NCBI RefSeq assembly: GCF_024642165.1 | Contig: NZ_JAHEBP010000001.1 | Location: 2,044-66,043, forward strand | Reading direction: 5' to 3' | DNA: 64,000 nucleotides | From: Demequina sp. | GTDB taxonomy: Bacteria; Actinomycetota; Actinomycetes; Actinomycetales; Demequinaceae | Part shown: positions 31,910 to 42,353 of the stretch, one piece after another | Position numbering within the stretch: position 1 is the stretch's first letter | Layout: each line of letters starts with the position of its first letter | Notes under the pieces: generated by a model | What the model saw: only the letters and a program-made list of their open reading frames with translations | Database searches by the model: none | Told to the model about the DNA's origin: nothing | Program-made: the position numbers and the translations under genes

Positions 31910-34002
31910 GTGTCGATCCGCGAGTGGTCGAGCGATGCCGCGCCCGCGACGATGAAGTCGCGGCGCGGCGAGACGTCGTTGCCCATGAGGAGCTCGAAGA
32001 TGCGCTCCGCTGCTGCGGCATCGGCGCTGGTGATGCGGCGCAACGTGCGCTTGCCCGTATCCATCGTGGTTTCCGCGAGCTGATTCGCGTCCATCTCGCC
32101 CAGGCCCTTGTAGCGCTGGATGTCATCCTTGTAGCGGCGGCCCGCGCGCTTCAACTCCCGCAGCGTCTCCTGCAGCTCCTTCTCGGAGTATGTGTAGACG
32201 TATTCGCGTTCTCGGCGCGCGGATCCCGACACCTCGATCCGGTGGAGCGGGGGCACCGCGGCGAACACGCGCCCGGCATCGACGAGCGGGCGCATGTACC
32301 TGAAGAACAGCGTGAGCAGCAGCGTTCGGATATGTGCGCCGTCGACGTCCGCGTCCGTCATCAGGATGATCTTCCCGTAGCGCGCCTGCTCGAGGTCGAA
32401 GGTGCGTCCGGAGCCGGCGCCGACCACCTGGATGATCGACGCACACTCCGCGTTGTGCAGCATGTCCGTCACGGACGCCTTCTGCACGTTGAGGATCTTG
32501 CCTCGGATGGGTAGCAGCGCCTGGAAGTCGGACCGGCGGGCGAGCTTGGCGGTGCCGAGCGCGCTGTCGCCCTCCACGATGAACAGCTCGGACTGCTCGA
32601 CGTCGTTGCTGCGGCAGTCGGCGAGCTTGGCGGGCAGGGAGGACGTCTCGAGCGCATTCTTGCGGCGCGAGATCTCCTTCTGCTTGCGCGCGGCGACGCG
32701 GGCCCGCATCTCCGCCACCACCTTCTCCAGCACGGTGCTGGCCTGCGCCTTGGTGTCTCGCTTGGTCGAGGTGAGGATGGCGGCGAGCTCCTGCTCGATG
32801 ACCTTGGAGACGATGCCGCGCACGGGACCCGTGCCGAGCACCTCCTTGGTCTGGCCCTCGAACTGTGGCTCCGGGATGCGGACCGTCACCACGGCGGTCA
32901 GGCCCGCCATGATGTCGTCCTTCTCGATCCGTTCGGCTCCGTCCTTGCCGGTGAGCTTGAGCCTGCGCGCGTTCGCGGCGATCTGCGCGCGCAGCACCTT
33001 CACGAGTCCCTGCTCGAATCCGGCGAGGTGGGTCCCACCCTTGGGCGTGGCGATGATGTTGACGAACGAGCGGGTGTCGGTCTCATAGCCCGTCCCCCAT
33101 CGCAGCGCGATGTCGACCTGGCACTCGCGCGCGACCTCCTCGGAGACCAGGTGCCCGTTGGCCTTGAGCACGGGGACGGTCTCCGTGTACGCGCCGGAAC
33201 CCGAGAGCTCCCACGTGTCCGTCACCGCCGCATCGGTCGCCACGAATTCCACGAAGTCCTTGGCGCCACCTTCGTAGCGGAACCGCTCCTCATGCGGCTC
33301 GAGCACGTTGCGCTCGTCGCGGACCACCAGCTCGAGGCCGGGGACCAGGAAGGCGGTCTGGCGGGCGCGCGCCACCAGCTCGTCGTAGCTGAATGTGGCC
33401 GACTTGTTGAAGATCTGTCGGTCCGCCCAATAGCGGATGCGGGTACCGGTGCGCGCCTTGGCCACCTTGCCGGTGACCGCGAGCTCCGAGCCCACCACGA
33501 AGGGCTCGAACACCGCGTCGGGCATCGGTCCCGTCGCTACGTCCTTGTAGTACCCGGGCTCTCCGCGGCGGAACGCCATGTGGTGGGTCTTGCCGCCGCG
33601 GTCCACCCAGACGTCCATCCGCTCGCTGAGTGCGTTGACCACCGAGGCTCCGACGCCGTGCAGGCCCCCGGACGCGGCGTACGAGCCGCCGCCGAACTTG
33701 CCCCCGGCATGCAGCTTGGTCATCACGACCTCGACGCCGGTGAGCCCCGTCTTGGGCTCGGTGTCCACGGGGATGCCGCGGCCCGAGTCGCGCACCTCGA
33801 CCGAGTCGTCCGGGTGGAGCAGGATGTCGATGCGGTCGCCGAAGCCGCCCAGAGCCTCGTCAACCGAGTTGTCGATGATCTCCCAGAGGCAGTGCATGAG
33901 CCCGCGAGAGTCCGTGGTGCCGATGTACATGCCGGGGCGCTTGCGGACCGCCTCGAGCCCCTCGAGGACCGAGAGATGCCGTGCGGAGTAGTCGTTGGCC
34001 AC
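31906..34002 (-). CDS. parE: DNA topoisomerase IV subunit B (GyrB/ParE family)
   Basis: LEGLEAVRKRPGMYIG, EIIDNSVDE, HAGGKF, VEGDSA, TDADVDG, RYKGLGEM. Confidence 0.94.
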   Translation of the reverse strand: MANDYSARHLSVLEGLEAVRKRPGMYIGTTDSRGLMHCLWEIIDNSVDEALGGFGDRIDILLHPDDSVEVRDSGRGIPVDTEPKTGLTGVEVVMTKLHAGGKFGGGSYAASGGLHGVGASVVNALSERMDVWVDRGGKTHHMAFRRGEPGYYKDVATGPMPDAVFEPFVVGSELAVTGKVAKARTGTRIRYWADRQIFNKSATFSYDELVARARQTAFLVPGLELVVRDERNVLEPHEERFRYEGGAKDFVEFVATDAAVTDTWELSGSGAYTETVPVLKANGHLVSEEVARECQVDIALRWGTGYETDTRSFVNIIATPKGGTHLAGFEQGLVKVLRAQIAANARRLKLTGKDGAERIEKDDIMAGLTAVVTVRIPEPQFEGQTKEVLGTGPVRGIVSKVIEQELAAILTSTKRDTKAQASTVLEKVVAEMRARVAARKQKEISRRKNALETSSLPAKLADCRSNDVEQSELFIVEGDSALGTAKLARRSDFQALLPIRGKILNVQKASVTDMLHNAECASIIQVVGAGSGRTFDLEQARYGKIILMTDADVDGAHIRTLLLTLFFRYMRPLVDAGRVFAAVPPLHRIEVSGSARREREYVYTYSEKELQETLRELKRAGRRYKDDIQRYKGLGEMDANQLAETTMDTGKRTLRRITSADAAAAERIFELLMGNDVSPRRDFIVAGAASLDHSRIDT

Positions 34003-34106
34003 GCCGGCAATCCTAGTTGCGCGCTCCGACGCGGCCGCTTCGCCTCACCGGCAACCCCGTGGATGATCCGCGCGCCTCAGCGCGTTGCCCCCCGCAAGGA
34101 GGAACC

Positions 34107-34952
34107 ATGACCACCATCACCGCTGATCGCACGACCGCGCCGGTGGCGACCCGTGTGGTCGTCGCCGCCGGCGCCGTGCTCGCGATCGTGGGCGCCGCGT
34201 GGGGCTCGGGCGCCTTCGGCGGCACCCCCATCCAGGAAGCGGCGGGCGGGGCGCTGGCCGCCGACGCCACGCTGCTGGCACCCGCCACACCCGCCTTCGC
34301 AATCTGGTCCGTGATCTACACCGGCCTGCTGGTGTTCGCGGTGTATCAGGCGCTCCCGCGCCCGGGTTCGCGCCCGCGGGTCCGCTCGGTGGCCTGGCAC
34401 GTGCTCGCCGCGATGGTGCTCAACGCCGCCTGGATCGCAGTGGTCCAGGAGGGATGGCTGCTCGCGTCCGTGGGAGTGCTCGCCGCGATCGTTGTGGTGC
34501 TGGTGCTCGCCGTCGCGCGCCTGGGGCAGAGCGGACCGTCCACCTTCATCGAGGCCCTCGCGCTCGACCTTCCCGTGGGTCTCTATCTGGGTTGGGCGTC
34601 GGTCGCCACCGTCGCCAACGTGACCGCCTTCGGCGTCGTCTGGTTCGGACTCGAGCCGGGCGAGGGGATGCCGGCGGCCGTAGGCGTGCTGGTGGCGGTG
34701 GGCTTCCTCGCGATCGCCGTCGCCCGCGACCTCGCCCGCACGGCCACACTCGCGTGGGCCACCACCGGCGCCATGGCGTGGGGCGTGGTGTGGATCGGCG
34801 AGGGTCGCCTCAACGGGACGCCGTCCGACGCCGTGGTGGGCTGGACGGCGGTGGGGGTCGCGGCCGTCGCGGTCGCTGCGACGCTCGTGACCACGGTCGC
34901 CGCACGTGTGCGCCACTCCCTCGCACAGCGCAGGGACGGCCGCGCGACCTAG
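34107..34952 (+). CDS. TspO/MBR-like tryptophan-rich sensory membrane protein
   Basis: AAGGAGG RBS; APATPAFAIWSVIY, LNAAW, LYLGWASVATVAN. Confidence 0.82.
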   Translation: MTTITADRTTAPVATRVVVAAGAVLAIVGAAWGSGAFGGTPIQEAAGGALAADATLLAPATPAFAIWSVIYTGLLVFAVYQALPRPGSRPRVRSVAWHVLAAMVLNAAWIAVVQEGWLLASVGVLAAIVVVLVLAVARLGQSGPSTFIEALALDLPVGLYLGWASVATVANVTAFGVVWFGLEPGEGMPAAVGVLVAVGFLAIAVARDLARTATLAWATTGAMAWGVVWIGEGRLNGTPSDAVVGWTAVGVAAVAVAATLVTTVAARVRHSLAQRRDGRAT

Positions 34953-35419
34953 GCGCGCGGCTTGCGCCTCAGCGACGTCATGGACACGTTGTCGTGCTTG
35001 ATGAAGAAGCCCAGATCCTGATAGAGATGCAGGCCCGCGGGGCTCGCGTGGAGCTCGACCACCTCGATGCCGCGGCGGTCCGTCTCGGCGAGCAGCGCCT
35101 CCATGATGGCCCGCGCGTAACCCCGGCGTTGGTGCTGAGGGGCGGTCGACACCCACTGGATGTACCCCATCTGATGGGCATCCGCTCCGGGGCGCGCCAG
35201 CCGCGGCGCCACGTTCACCAGACCGCACGCCGCGAGCCCTCCCTCCGGCGCGTCGATCACCATGCCGAAGAGGTCGCGGTCGAGGCGCTCCCGCACCGTG
35301 CGCGTCGACTCCACCGCCCAGCTGGGTGTGGGCTTCGCTCCCACGGCCTTGTACATCAGGGCGCCCAGGTGGACGATCTCAGCGGCATCTGCCGCGACCG
35401 CCGGACGCACCTCGATCAT
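34949..35419 (-). CDS. GNAT family N-acetyltransferase
   Basis: VSTAPQHQRRGYAR acetyl-CoA motif A, LHASPAG..LY..LGF. Confidence 0.9.
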   Translation of the reverse strand: MIEVRPAVAADAAEIVHLGALMYKAVGAKPTPSWAVESTRTVRERLDRDLFGMVIDAPEGGLAACGLVNVAPRLARPGADAHQMGYIQWVSTAPQHQRRGYARAIMEALLAETDRRGIEVVELHASPAGLHLYQDLGFFIKHDNVSMTSLRRKPRA

Positions 35420-35420
35420 G

Positions 35421-35762
35421 TCAGCGCCAGGCGACGGCGACGGCGATGTTGACGGCGGTGAGCACTCCGACGAGCAGCCACGCGCGCGGCGCGCTGTCCT
35501 TCTTCCGGTTGGCCTCCGCCAGGCCGGCGATCGCGAGGGCGATCACCAGCTTCACCGCGACCTTCGCGTGATCCGGCTCGTGGTCCGACGCATAAGCGAC
35601 GGCCACCAGCCCGAGGCCCGTCACCACCTGCGCGCGCGCGCCCCACACCATCGCCATGGTGATGCGGCGCGCGTTGCCCCACCACTGTTCGAGGAACGGG
35701 CCCAGGATGGCCGCAAGGCCGATGAAGTGGAGGATCAACAGGACGATGCGCAGGACGGTCAC
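35421..35762 (-). CDS. Four-TM small membrane protein
   Basis: LILHFIGLAAILG, QVVTGLGL, KVAVKLVI, NIAVAVAW; GAGGAG RBS. Confidence 0.8.
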   Translation of the reverse strand: MTVLRIVLLILHFIGLAAILGPFLEQWWGNARRITMAMVWGARAQVVTGLGLVAVAYASDHEPDHAKVAVKLVIALAIAGLAEANRKKDSAPRAWLLVGVLTAVNIAVAVAWR

Positions 35763-35834
35763 GGGCTCTCCTCGCAGGTTCGGATGGCACGATGCTAGCG
35801 GCAGTGGCCGCGCCTGCGGCCCTATTCTTGGGCC

Positions 35835-36815
35835 GTGACATCAGCCGCCCCTCCCGCCCATCGTTCTGCCGCGCTTGGCGCGCTCTTCGCTCTTCTGGGC
35901 GCCGCGATGTTCGGCATCAACGGATCGATGTCGAAGGTGGTCATGGCGGCGGGCATCAGCCCGCAGCAGCTGACGTTCGCGCGGACGGTCGCGACCGCCG
36001 CCATCGCGGGCATGGTGCTGTTGATCACGGATCGCAGCCAGTTCCGCCTGTCGGGCCGCGAGGTCGGCTTCTTCGCGGCGCTCGGCGTCGCCGGTCTGGC
36101 GATGATCCAGTGGCTGTACTCCGTCGCGATATCCCGCCTGCCCGTCGGGGTGGCGTTGCTGTTCGAGTACACCGCCGTGGTGCTGGTGGCCCTGACGGCG
36201 CTCGTGGTCTTCAAAGAGCCTGTGCATCGGCGCCTGTGGTGGGCGATCGGCGGCGTGCTGGTGGGCCTCGCGGTGGTCGCGCAGGTCTGGGACTCCTCGC
36301 TTGACGGGCTCGGGATCGCGGCCGGCCTCGGCGCCGCCGTCGCGTACGCGTTCTACTTCCTTGCGGGCGAGCGCGGGGTCGCCCGGCGCCCTCCCATGGC
36401 GGTCGCGTTCTGGGCGGCGCTGTTCGCCAGCGTGTTCTGGGGCCTGTTCTCCGGCTGGTGGAGCATCGACCCCGCCCTGCTCGTCGAACGGATCTCGCTC
36501 GACGGCGCGCTGAGTTCCGTCGAGGTTCCACTGTGGGTGCCGCTGGCGTGGATCGTCACGCTCGGTAGCTTCGCGCCGTTCGTGCTGATCTTCATGGCGC
36601 TGCGCCACGTCAGCGCCACCGCCGTGGGCATCCTCGCGTCGTCCGAGGTCCTGTTCGCCTTCCTGGTCGCGTGGGTGTGGCTGGGCGAGACTCTGCTCCC
36701 GGTGCAGATCGCGGGCGCGGCACTCGTGCTGGTTGCCATCGTGGTGGCGCAGACCGCCCGCGACCGCGTCGCCGCACGCGTCGATACGCCGGAGGTCCCG
36801 CCCGAGGTGCCGTGA
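35835..36815 (+). CDS. EamA/DMT family transporter
   Basis: About 10 TM; RLPVGVALLFEYTA, WLGETL motifs. Confidence 0.9.
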   Translation: MTSAAPPAHRSAALGALFALLGAAMFGINGSMSKVVMAAGISPQQLTFARTVATAAIAGMVLLITDRSQFRLSGREVGFFAALGVAGLAMIQWLYSVAISRLPVGVALLFEYTAVVLVALTALVVFKEPVHRRLWWAIGGVLVGLAVVAQVWDSSLDGLGIAAGLGAAVAYAFYFLAGERGVARRPPMAVAFWAALFASVFWGLFSGWWSIDPALLVERISLDGALSSVEVPLWVPLAWIVTLGSFAPFVLIFMALRHVSATAVGILASSEVLFAFLVAWVWLGETLLPVQIAGAALVLVAIVVAQTARDRVAARVDTPEVPPEVP

Positions 36816-36871
36816 CCCACGTGGCGTGACCGAGGTGCCGTGACCGAGGTGCCGTGACGGACGTGGCGCGG
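36802..36871 (+). repeat. 14-bp tandem repeat, 5 copies, starting in the eamA 3' end
   Basis: CCGAGGTGCCGTGA / CCCACGTGGCGTGA / CCGAGGTGCCGTGA / CCGAGGTGCCGTGA / CGGACGTGGCGCGG. Confidence 0.85.
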
Positions 36872-37033
36872 CGCTCGCGCCCGAGCCACCGCTGTACGCG
36901 TACCGCTGAGCTAGGACGCCGCGCGAGCAGAAATAGGGCATCCTCCCGATGCCGCCGTTGCGTCTTAGAGAGCACCGTGAGGGGTGTTGGAGCACCGGCA
37001 CCCGGCCGGTCGGTCGGAACAAGGGGAGCGATC

Positions 37034-37231
37034 ATGGACAACCTCACGGGGAATGACCTCTACCTCCAGTCTCGCGCGGCGGGCCTGGACGCCGCGGCGG
37101 AACGCCGACGGGCCCAGCTCGAGCGCATCGAGGGCACGGCGCCCGTGCGCCGCCGGTCGCTGCGCGACTGGTTCGCGCGACCGGCTCGCCCGGCCGTGTC
37201 GCGGTTCACCGGCCGCGCCGCAGCGGCGTGA
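37034..37231 (+). CDS. Small 65-aa basic protein upstream of the LAL regulator
   Basis: AAGGGGAG RBS; MDNLTGNDLYLQSRAAGLDAAAERRRAQL helical sequence. Confidence 0.7.
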   Translation: MDNLTGNDLYLQSRAAGLDAAAERRRAQLERIEGTAPVRRRSLRDWFARPARPAVSRFTGRAAAA

Positions 37232-37265
37232 AGCCCTGTCGCGGATCGCTGGACGGTGACACGAT

Positions 37266-40208
37266 ATGCAGATGAGCGCGATCGCGCCGGCCACAAGGAT
37301 GGTGGGACGGCGCAAGCAGTGGGAAACCCTACGCGCCGCGGTCCTCGACGGTGCGGCGGGGAGTCCACGCGTGCTCGTCCTGCGGGGCGAGGCGGGTATC
37401 GGCAAGTCCAGGCTCGTCGCCGAGATGCTCGCCGAGGCGCGCGCGAGCGAATCCCCGGTACCGCGCGCGATCGCGACCGGCCACTGCGTGGACATGGGCC
37501 CGATCGGCGCCCCATTCATGCCCTTCCGGCGGGCGCTGCTCGAGCTGCTCGATGCCGTCGGGCTCGACGCATTCCGCGCCGCGGCGGGCGGTCCGGCGAC
37601 GCTCGTACCGCTGGCCGCCCTGATCCCCGAACTCGGAATTGATCGGAGCGAGCACGCGCCCGCCACCGCCGAGGTCGCCGAGGCGATCGAGGTGCTCGTC
37701 GAGAATCTCACCGCGGGCGTCCACGTGATCATGGTCCTCGAAGACCTTCATTGGGCGGATCCGGCCTCGCTCGCGCTGGTCGCCACGCTCGCGGTGGCCC
37801 TGCGTGCGACCCATCTCACGCTGGTGCTCACCTACCGGTCCGACGACGTCGGGCGCGGCCACCCGTTGCGCGCGGTGCTCACCGAGCTCGGGCGCAACCG
37901 CGCCGTCACCACCATCGAGATCGCCCGACTCTCCGCGGAGGAGATCGACGACCAGGCGCACCAGATCATGGGCCGGCCACCCACCGCCCGCGAGCTCGCG
38001 GCATTGGTCGAGCGGACGGACGGCGTGCCGTTCTTCGTCGAGGAGGTCCTCGACCTGCCGCCCGGCCCGCTGCCCGATTCCCTTCGTGACGTGGTGCTGG
38101 CGCGATACGACCGGCTCACCACCGCCGCGCGGTCGGTTGCGAAGCTGGCCGCGGTCGCCGGCGTACGCGTCGACGACGAGACTCTCGCTCACGTGTGGCA
38201 CGGGGACCGCGATGGCCTGGTCGACGGCCTACAGGCCTGCATCGGCGCCAATCTCCTCCTCGTCGACGGCAGCGGCTATGCGTTCCGCCACGCGCTTGTC
38301 CACGAAGCGGTGTACCAGGAGGTGCTTCCCTCGGAGCGCGCCCGGCACCACGCTGCCATCGCGGAGGCCCTCGAGGCGCGCGCGGCGCGCGGCGAACGCG
38401 GGCTGTCGGCGGGCATCGCCGCGCACTGGTTCGGCGCGCGCGATCCGGTGCGCGCGTTCGACGCAGCCGTCGCGGCGCTCGACGAGGCGCGCGATGCGCA
38501 CGCCTTCGAGGCGTGCGCCCAGTTGGGAGAGCGGCTCCTCGAACTGTGGAACGTGGTCAGCGAACCTGCCGGTCGAGCCGGACGGAGCCGTCCCGCCATC
38601 GCCGCCGACATCGCCGGCGACTACCTCGCGGCAGGCCGCAAGCGCACCGCCGTCACGGTGGTTGACGACGCGCTGGCGACCTGCACCGACGCGACGCCGC
38701 TCGAGCTCGCGGCCCTCCACCGGGTTGCCACCAACGTCTCGTGCGATGCAGACCTCTGCGCCTGCGGAAGCGACCACCTCGCCGAACTCGAACGCCTGGC
38801 CGCGACATCGTCGGACCCCGCGATGGCGCCGATGCGCGCGACCGCGCTCGCCCTGCGGGCGACCGCCAGGGAGCGTGCGGAGGATGGGCTGCCGCTGGCG
38901 GATCGCGCGCTCGCCATCGCCGAGACCGTCGACGATCCGAAGACGCTCGGGCCAGTGCTGCGGTTGCGCGGCATCGTGCTTCAGGCGCTCGGCAGGAACG
39001 ACGAGGTTCTCGAGTCTCTCGACCGCGCCTGCGCAGTCGAGGGGCCCGATTCTGAGGGCGGCCTGATCGCCCGCTCGAATCGCGTGGACCAGCTGGTCGC
39101 CATGGGTCGATACCAGGAGGCCGTGGAGGCGGGGCTGCGAGGGATCGACGAGGCGATAGCGGCTGGCCGCGAGCGCTCGGGTGGAGGGTACATCCACGCG
39201 AACACCGCCGATGCGTTGGCCGCACTCGGGCGAGTCGATGAGGCGATCTACCACGCGCGTCGCGCCAGCGTGCTGTGGCGCGGGGAGTCGCGCCGGTGGC
39301 TGTCGGTGGCGCAGCGCGTCGAGGCCGGCGCTCGACTCTGGGACGGCGACCAGGATGGCTACCTCACTATCGCGGCGGAAATGCGGCCGGTGGTAGCCGA
39401 GATGGCCCACGACATCGAAGAGTCGGCCGACTGGGCGCGCCTGGCCATCGACGCCGCCGTGTCTCGCGCGCACGCCACGGCGGGTGCTGACAGGCGCCGG
39501 GCGCTCCAGCAGGGGCTCGACGCGGCGGCGCTGCTCACCGATCAGCGGCTGCCAGACCACGCGGTCATCGCACGCGAGTTCCTCGTCTCAGGAGCGCGCC
39601 TGCTCGCGCTCGCTCGCGCGCGAGGCGTGGACATCGACCCCGCGCTCGAGAGGGGGCTCCGGCGCTGCGTCGAGTGTTATACCGACGACCGATGGTCCAG
39701 GCCGCTGCGGGCCACCATGACCGCCTTCCTCGCGGATATCGCCGGCGACCCCGGCCGCGTCGAGCGGTGGACCGCCGCACGCGACGCGGCGGACGTCGAA
39801 GGCGGTCGGGTAGCACTCGCGCTCGGAGCACGGTACGAGCTCGCGTGCGCTCGGTTGGATGCCGGGGCGCGCGCCGAGGCGGTCACGGAGCTCGCAGAGA
39901 TCGCCGCGGAGGGTGCCAAGCGCGGGACGGGCCTGGTCGCCGGCTGGGCGCGCCACGCACTCGCGCGCATCGGCGCGGGCAGCACGAACGCCGCGGACGG
40001 GCCCGCCTCCGTCCTCACCGCCCGCGAACGGCAGGTTCTCGAGCTCATCGCCGAGGGCCTCACCAACCCGCAGATCGGCGAGCGGCTTTATATCTCGCCT
40101 AAGACAGCGAGCGTGCACGTATCCTCCATCCTCGCCAAGCTCGGCGCCTCAAATCGCGCCGAAGCGGCCGCCTGGTTCGCCACCGCTGGGACCGACGCGG
40201 CGGGGTGA
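37266..40208 (+). CDS. Large ATP-binding LuxR-family (LAL/STAND) transcriptional regulator
   Basis: GEAGIGKS Walker A, LEDLHWAD Walker B, FRHALV, TPR-like helices, C-terminal LTARERQVL..GLTNPQIG..ISPKTASVHVS HTH. Confidence 0.93.
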   Translation: MQMSAIAPATRMVGRRKQWETLRAAVLDGAAGSPRVLVLRGEAGIGKSRLVAEMLAEARASESPVPRAIATGHCVDMGPIGAPFMPFRRALLELLDAVGLDAFRAAAGGPATLVPLAALIPELGIDRSEHAPATAEVAEAIEVLVENLTAGVHVIMVLEDLHWADPASLALVATLAVALRATHLTLVLTYRSDDVGRGHPLRAVLTELGRNRAVTTIEIARLSAEEIDDQAHQIMGRPPTARELAALVERTDGVPFFVEEVLDLPPGPLPDSLRDVVLARYDRLTTAARSVAKLAAVAGVRVDDETLAHVWHGDRDGLVDGLQACIGANLLLVDGSGYAFRHALVHEAVYQEVLPSERARHHAAIAEALEARAARGERGLSAGIAAHWFGARDPVRAFDAAVAALDEARDAHAFEACAQLGERLLELWNVVSEPAGRAGRSRPAIAADIAGDYLAAGRKRTAVTVVDDALATCTDATPLELAALHRVATNVSCDADLCACGSDHLAELERLAATSSDPAMAPMRATALALRATARERAEDGLPLADRALAIAETVDDPKTLGPVLRLRGIVLQALGRNDEVLESLDRACAVEGPDSEGGLIARSNRVDQLVAMGRYQEAVEAGLRGIDEAIAAGRERSGGGYIHANTADALAALGRVDEAIYHARRASVLWRGESRRWLSVAQRVEAGARLWDGDQDGYLTIAAEMRPVVAEMAHDIEESADWARLAIDAAVSRAHATAGADRRRALQQGLDAAALLTDQRLPDHAVIAREFLVSGARLLALARARGVDIDPALERGLRRCVECYTDDRWSRPLRATMTAFLADIAGDPGRVERWTAARDAADVEGGRVALALGARYELACARLDAGARAEAVTELAEIAAEGAKRGTGLVAGWARHALARIGAGSTNAADGPASVLTARERQVLELIAEGLTNPQIGERLYISPKTASVHVSSILAKLGASNRAEAAAWFATAGTDAAG

Positions 40209-40316
40209 TCGCGCGCGGCTCCCCACACGGAGGCGCCAACGAGGGAAGCGCGTCGAGGGCCACAGCGGGTCGTTCCCAGGATGGTCACCACGCAGTCGAC
40301 CCGGCCTGGAGCGGCG

Positions 40317-40353
40317 GAGGCGCCCGGCCCCGCAGAGGCGGGAGGGGCGCTTC
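40317..40353. terminator. GC-rich hairpin between the convergent LAL gene and sigA
   Basis: GAGGCGCCCGGCCCCGC-AGAG-GCGGGAGGGGCGCTTC imperfect stem. Confidence 0.55.
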
Positions 40354-40372
40354 TCGGTCGCTGCGATGGGTC

Positions 40373-40825
40373 AGTCGAGGTAGTCGCGCAGACCGCCCGC
40401 GGTGCGCCTCAGCCGACCGACGACGCGTCCCCTGGCGCCTTCGACTTGCCGCGCGACGACGCGATGAACAAGCCGACGAACACCACCGCCTGAGCAAGGG
40501 CCACCGCGGTCGTACCCGCATTGGCAATCCCCGCTATTGCGGTGCCACCGACCGTGACCACCAGGCCCGCGATCGATGCGGCGCGCGCGAGCCGGCGGTT
40601 CCTGAGGGCAAGTCCAATGATCGCAACGACGAGTAGAAGCACCCCGCCGAGGAAGACGAGGGAGCCGAAGACCCCGATGCCAAAGAGGTTGGGCGCCATT
40701 ACCGCTCGAATCTGCGCGGACCGGTCGTCAGGCGCGTTGAAGGCATCCTAGGCTCCCGGCGATGCCGAGCGATGGCGGCAATTCGCGCCTGCGTGCATGC
40801 ACGGGCGCGCCCTCCCTCCGGGCTA

Positions 40826-40846
<21 letters not shown>
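40373..40846. repeat. 19-bp direct repeat duplicating the sigA 3' end
   Basis: AGTCGAGGTAGTCGCGCAG at 40373-40391 and 40828-40846; both read LRDYLD-stop on the minus strand. Confidence 0.85.
40409..40699 (-). CDS. Small three-TM hypothetical protein between the sigA-end repeats
   Basis: 96-aa hydrophobic ORF; TAGGAT -10-like hexamer at 40745-40750. Confidence 0.55.
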   Translation of the reverse strand: MAPNLFGIGVFGSLVFLGGVLLLVVAIIGLALRNRRLARAASIAGLVVTVGGTAIAGIANAGTTAVALAQAVVFVGLFIASSRGKSKAPGDASSVG

Positions 40847-42241
<1,395 letters not shown>

Positions 42242-42310
42242 GGCTTGCCTCTCGACCTGTCACGGAGTGGATGGTGAGGCTCCGCTGATCGCCTCGCGCA
42301 AATCCATTAA

Positions 42311-42341
42311 ATTGTAACGCGGTTGTCAACGGATTCGTTCC
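42311..42341 (-). promoter_or_regulatory. sigA promoter: TACAAT -10 overlapping an ECF-type GGAAC-N18-GTT
   Basis: Minus strand GGAAC-gaatccgttgacaaccgc-GTTACAAT in an AT-rich island. Confidence 0.6.
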
Positions 42342-42353
42342 GCAGCGCCGGGA

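Noticed and set aside
26387-34002. parC and parE separated and convergent
   Set aside because: A split arrangement with variable intervening genes is known in actinobacteria and is not novel by itself
36802-36871. Possible CRISPR array
   Set aside because: 14-bp contiguous units with no spacers and no cas genes
40699-40746. 15-codon uORF (MPSTRLTTGPRRFER) overlapping the start of the small inserted gene
   Set aside because: Its ATG overlaps the putative -10 hexamer, so it is probably not transcribed; no supporting features
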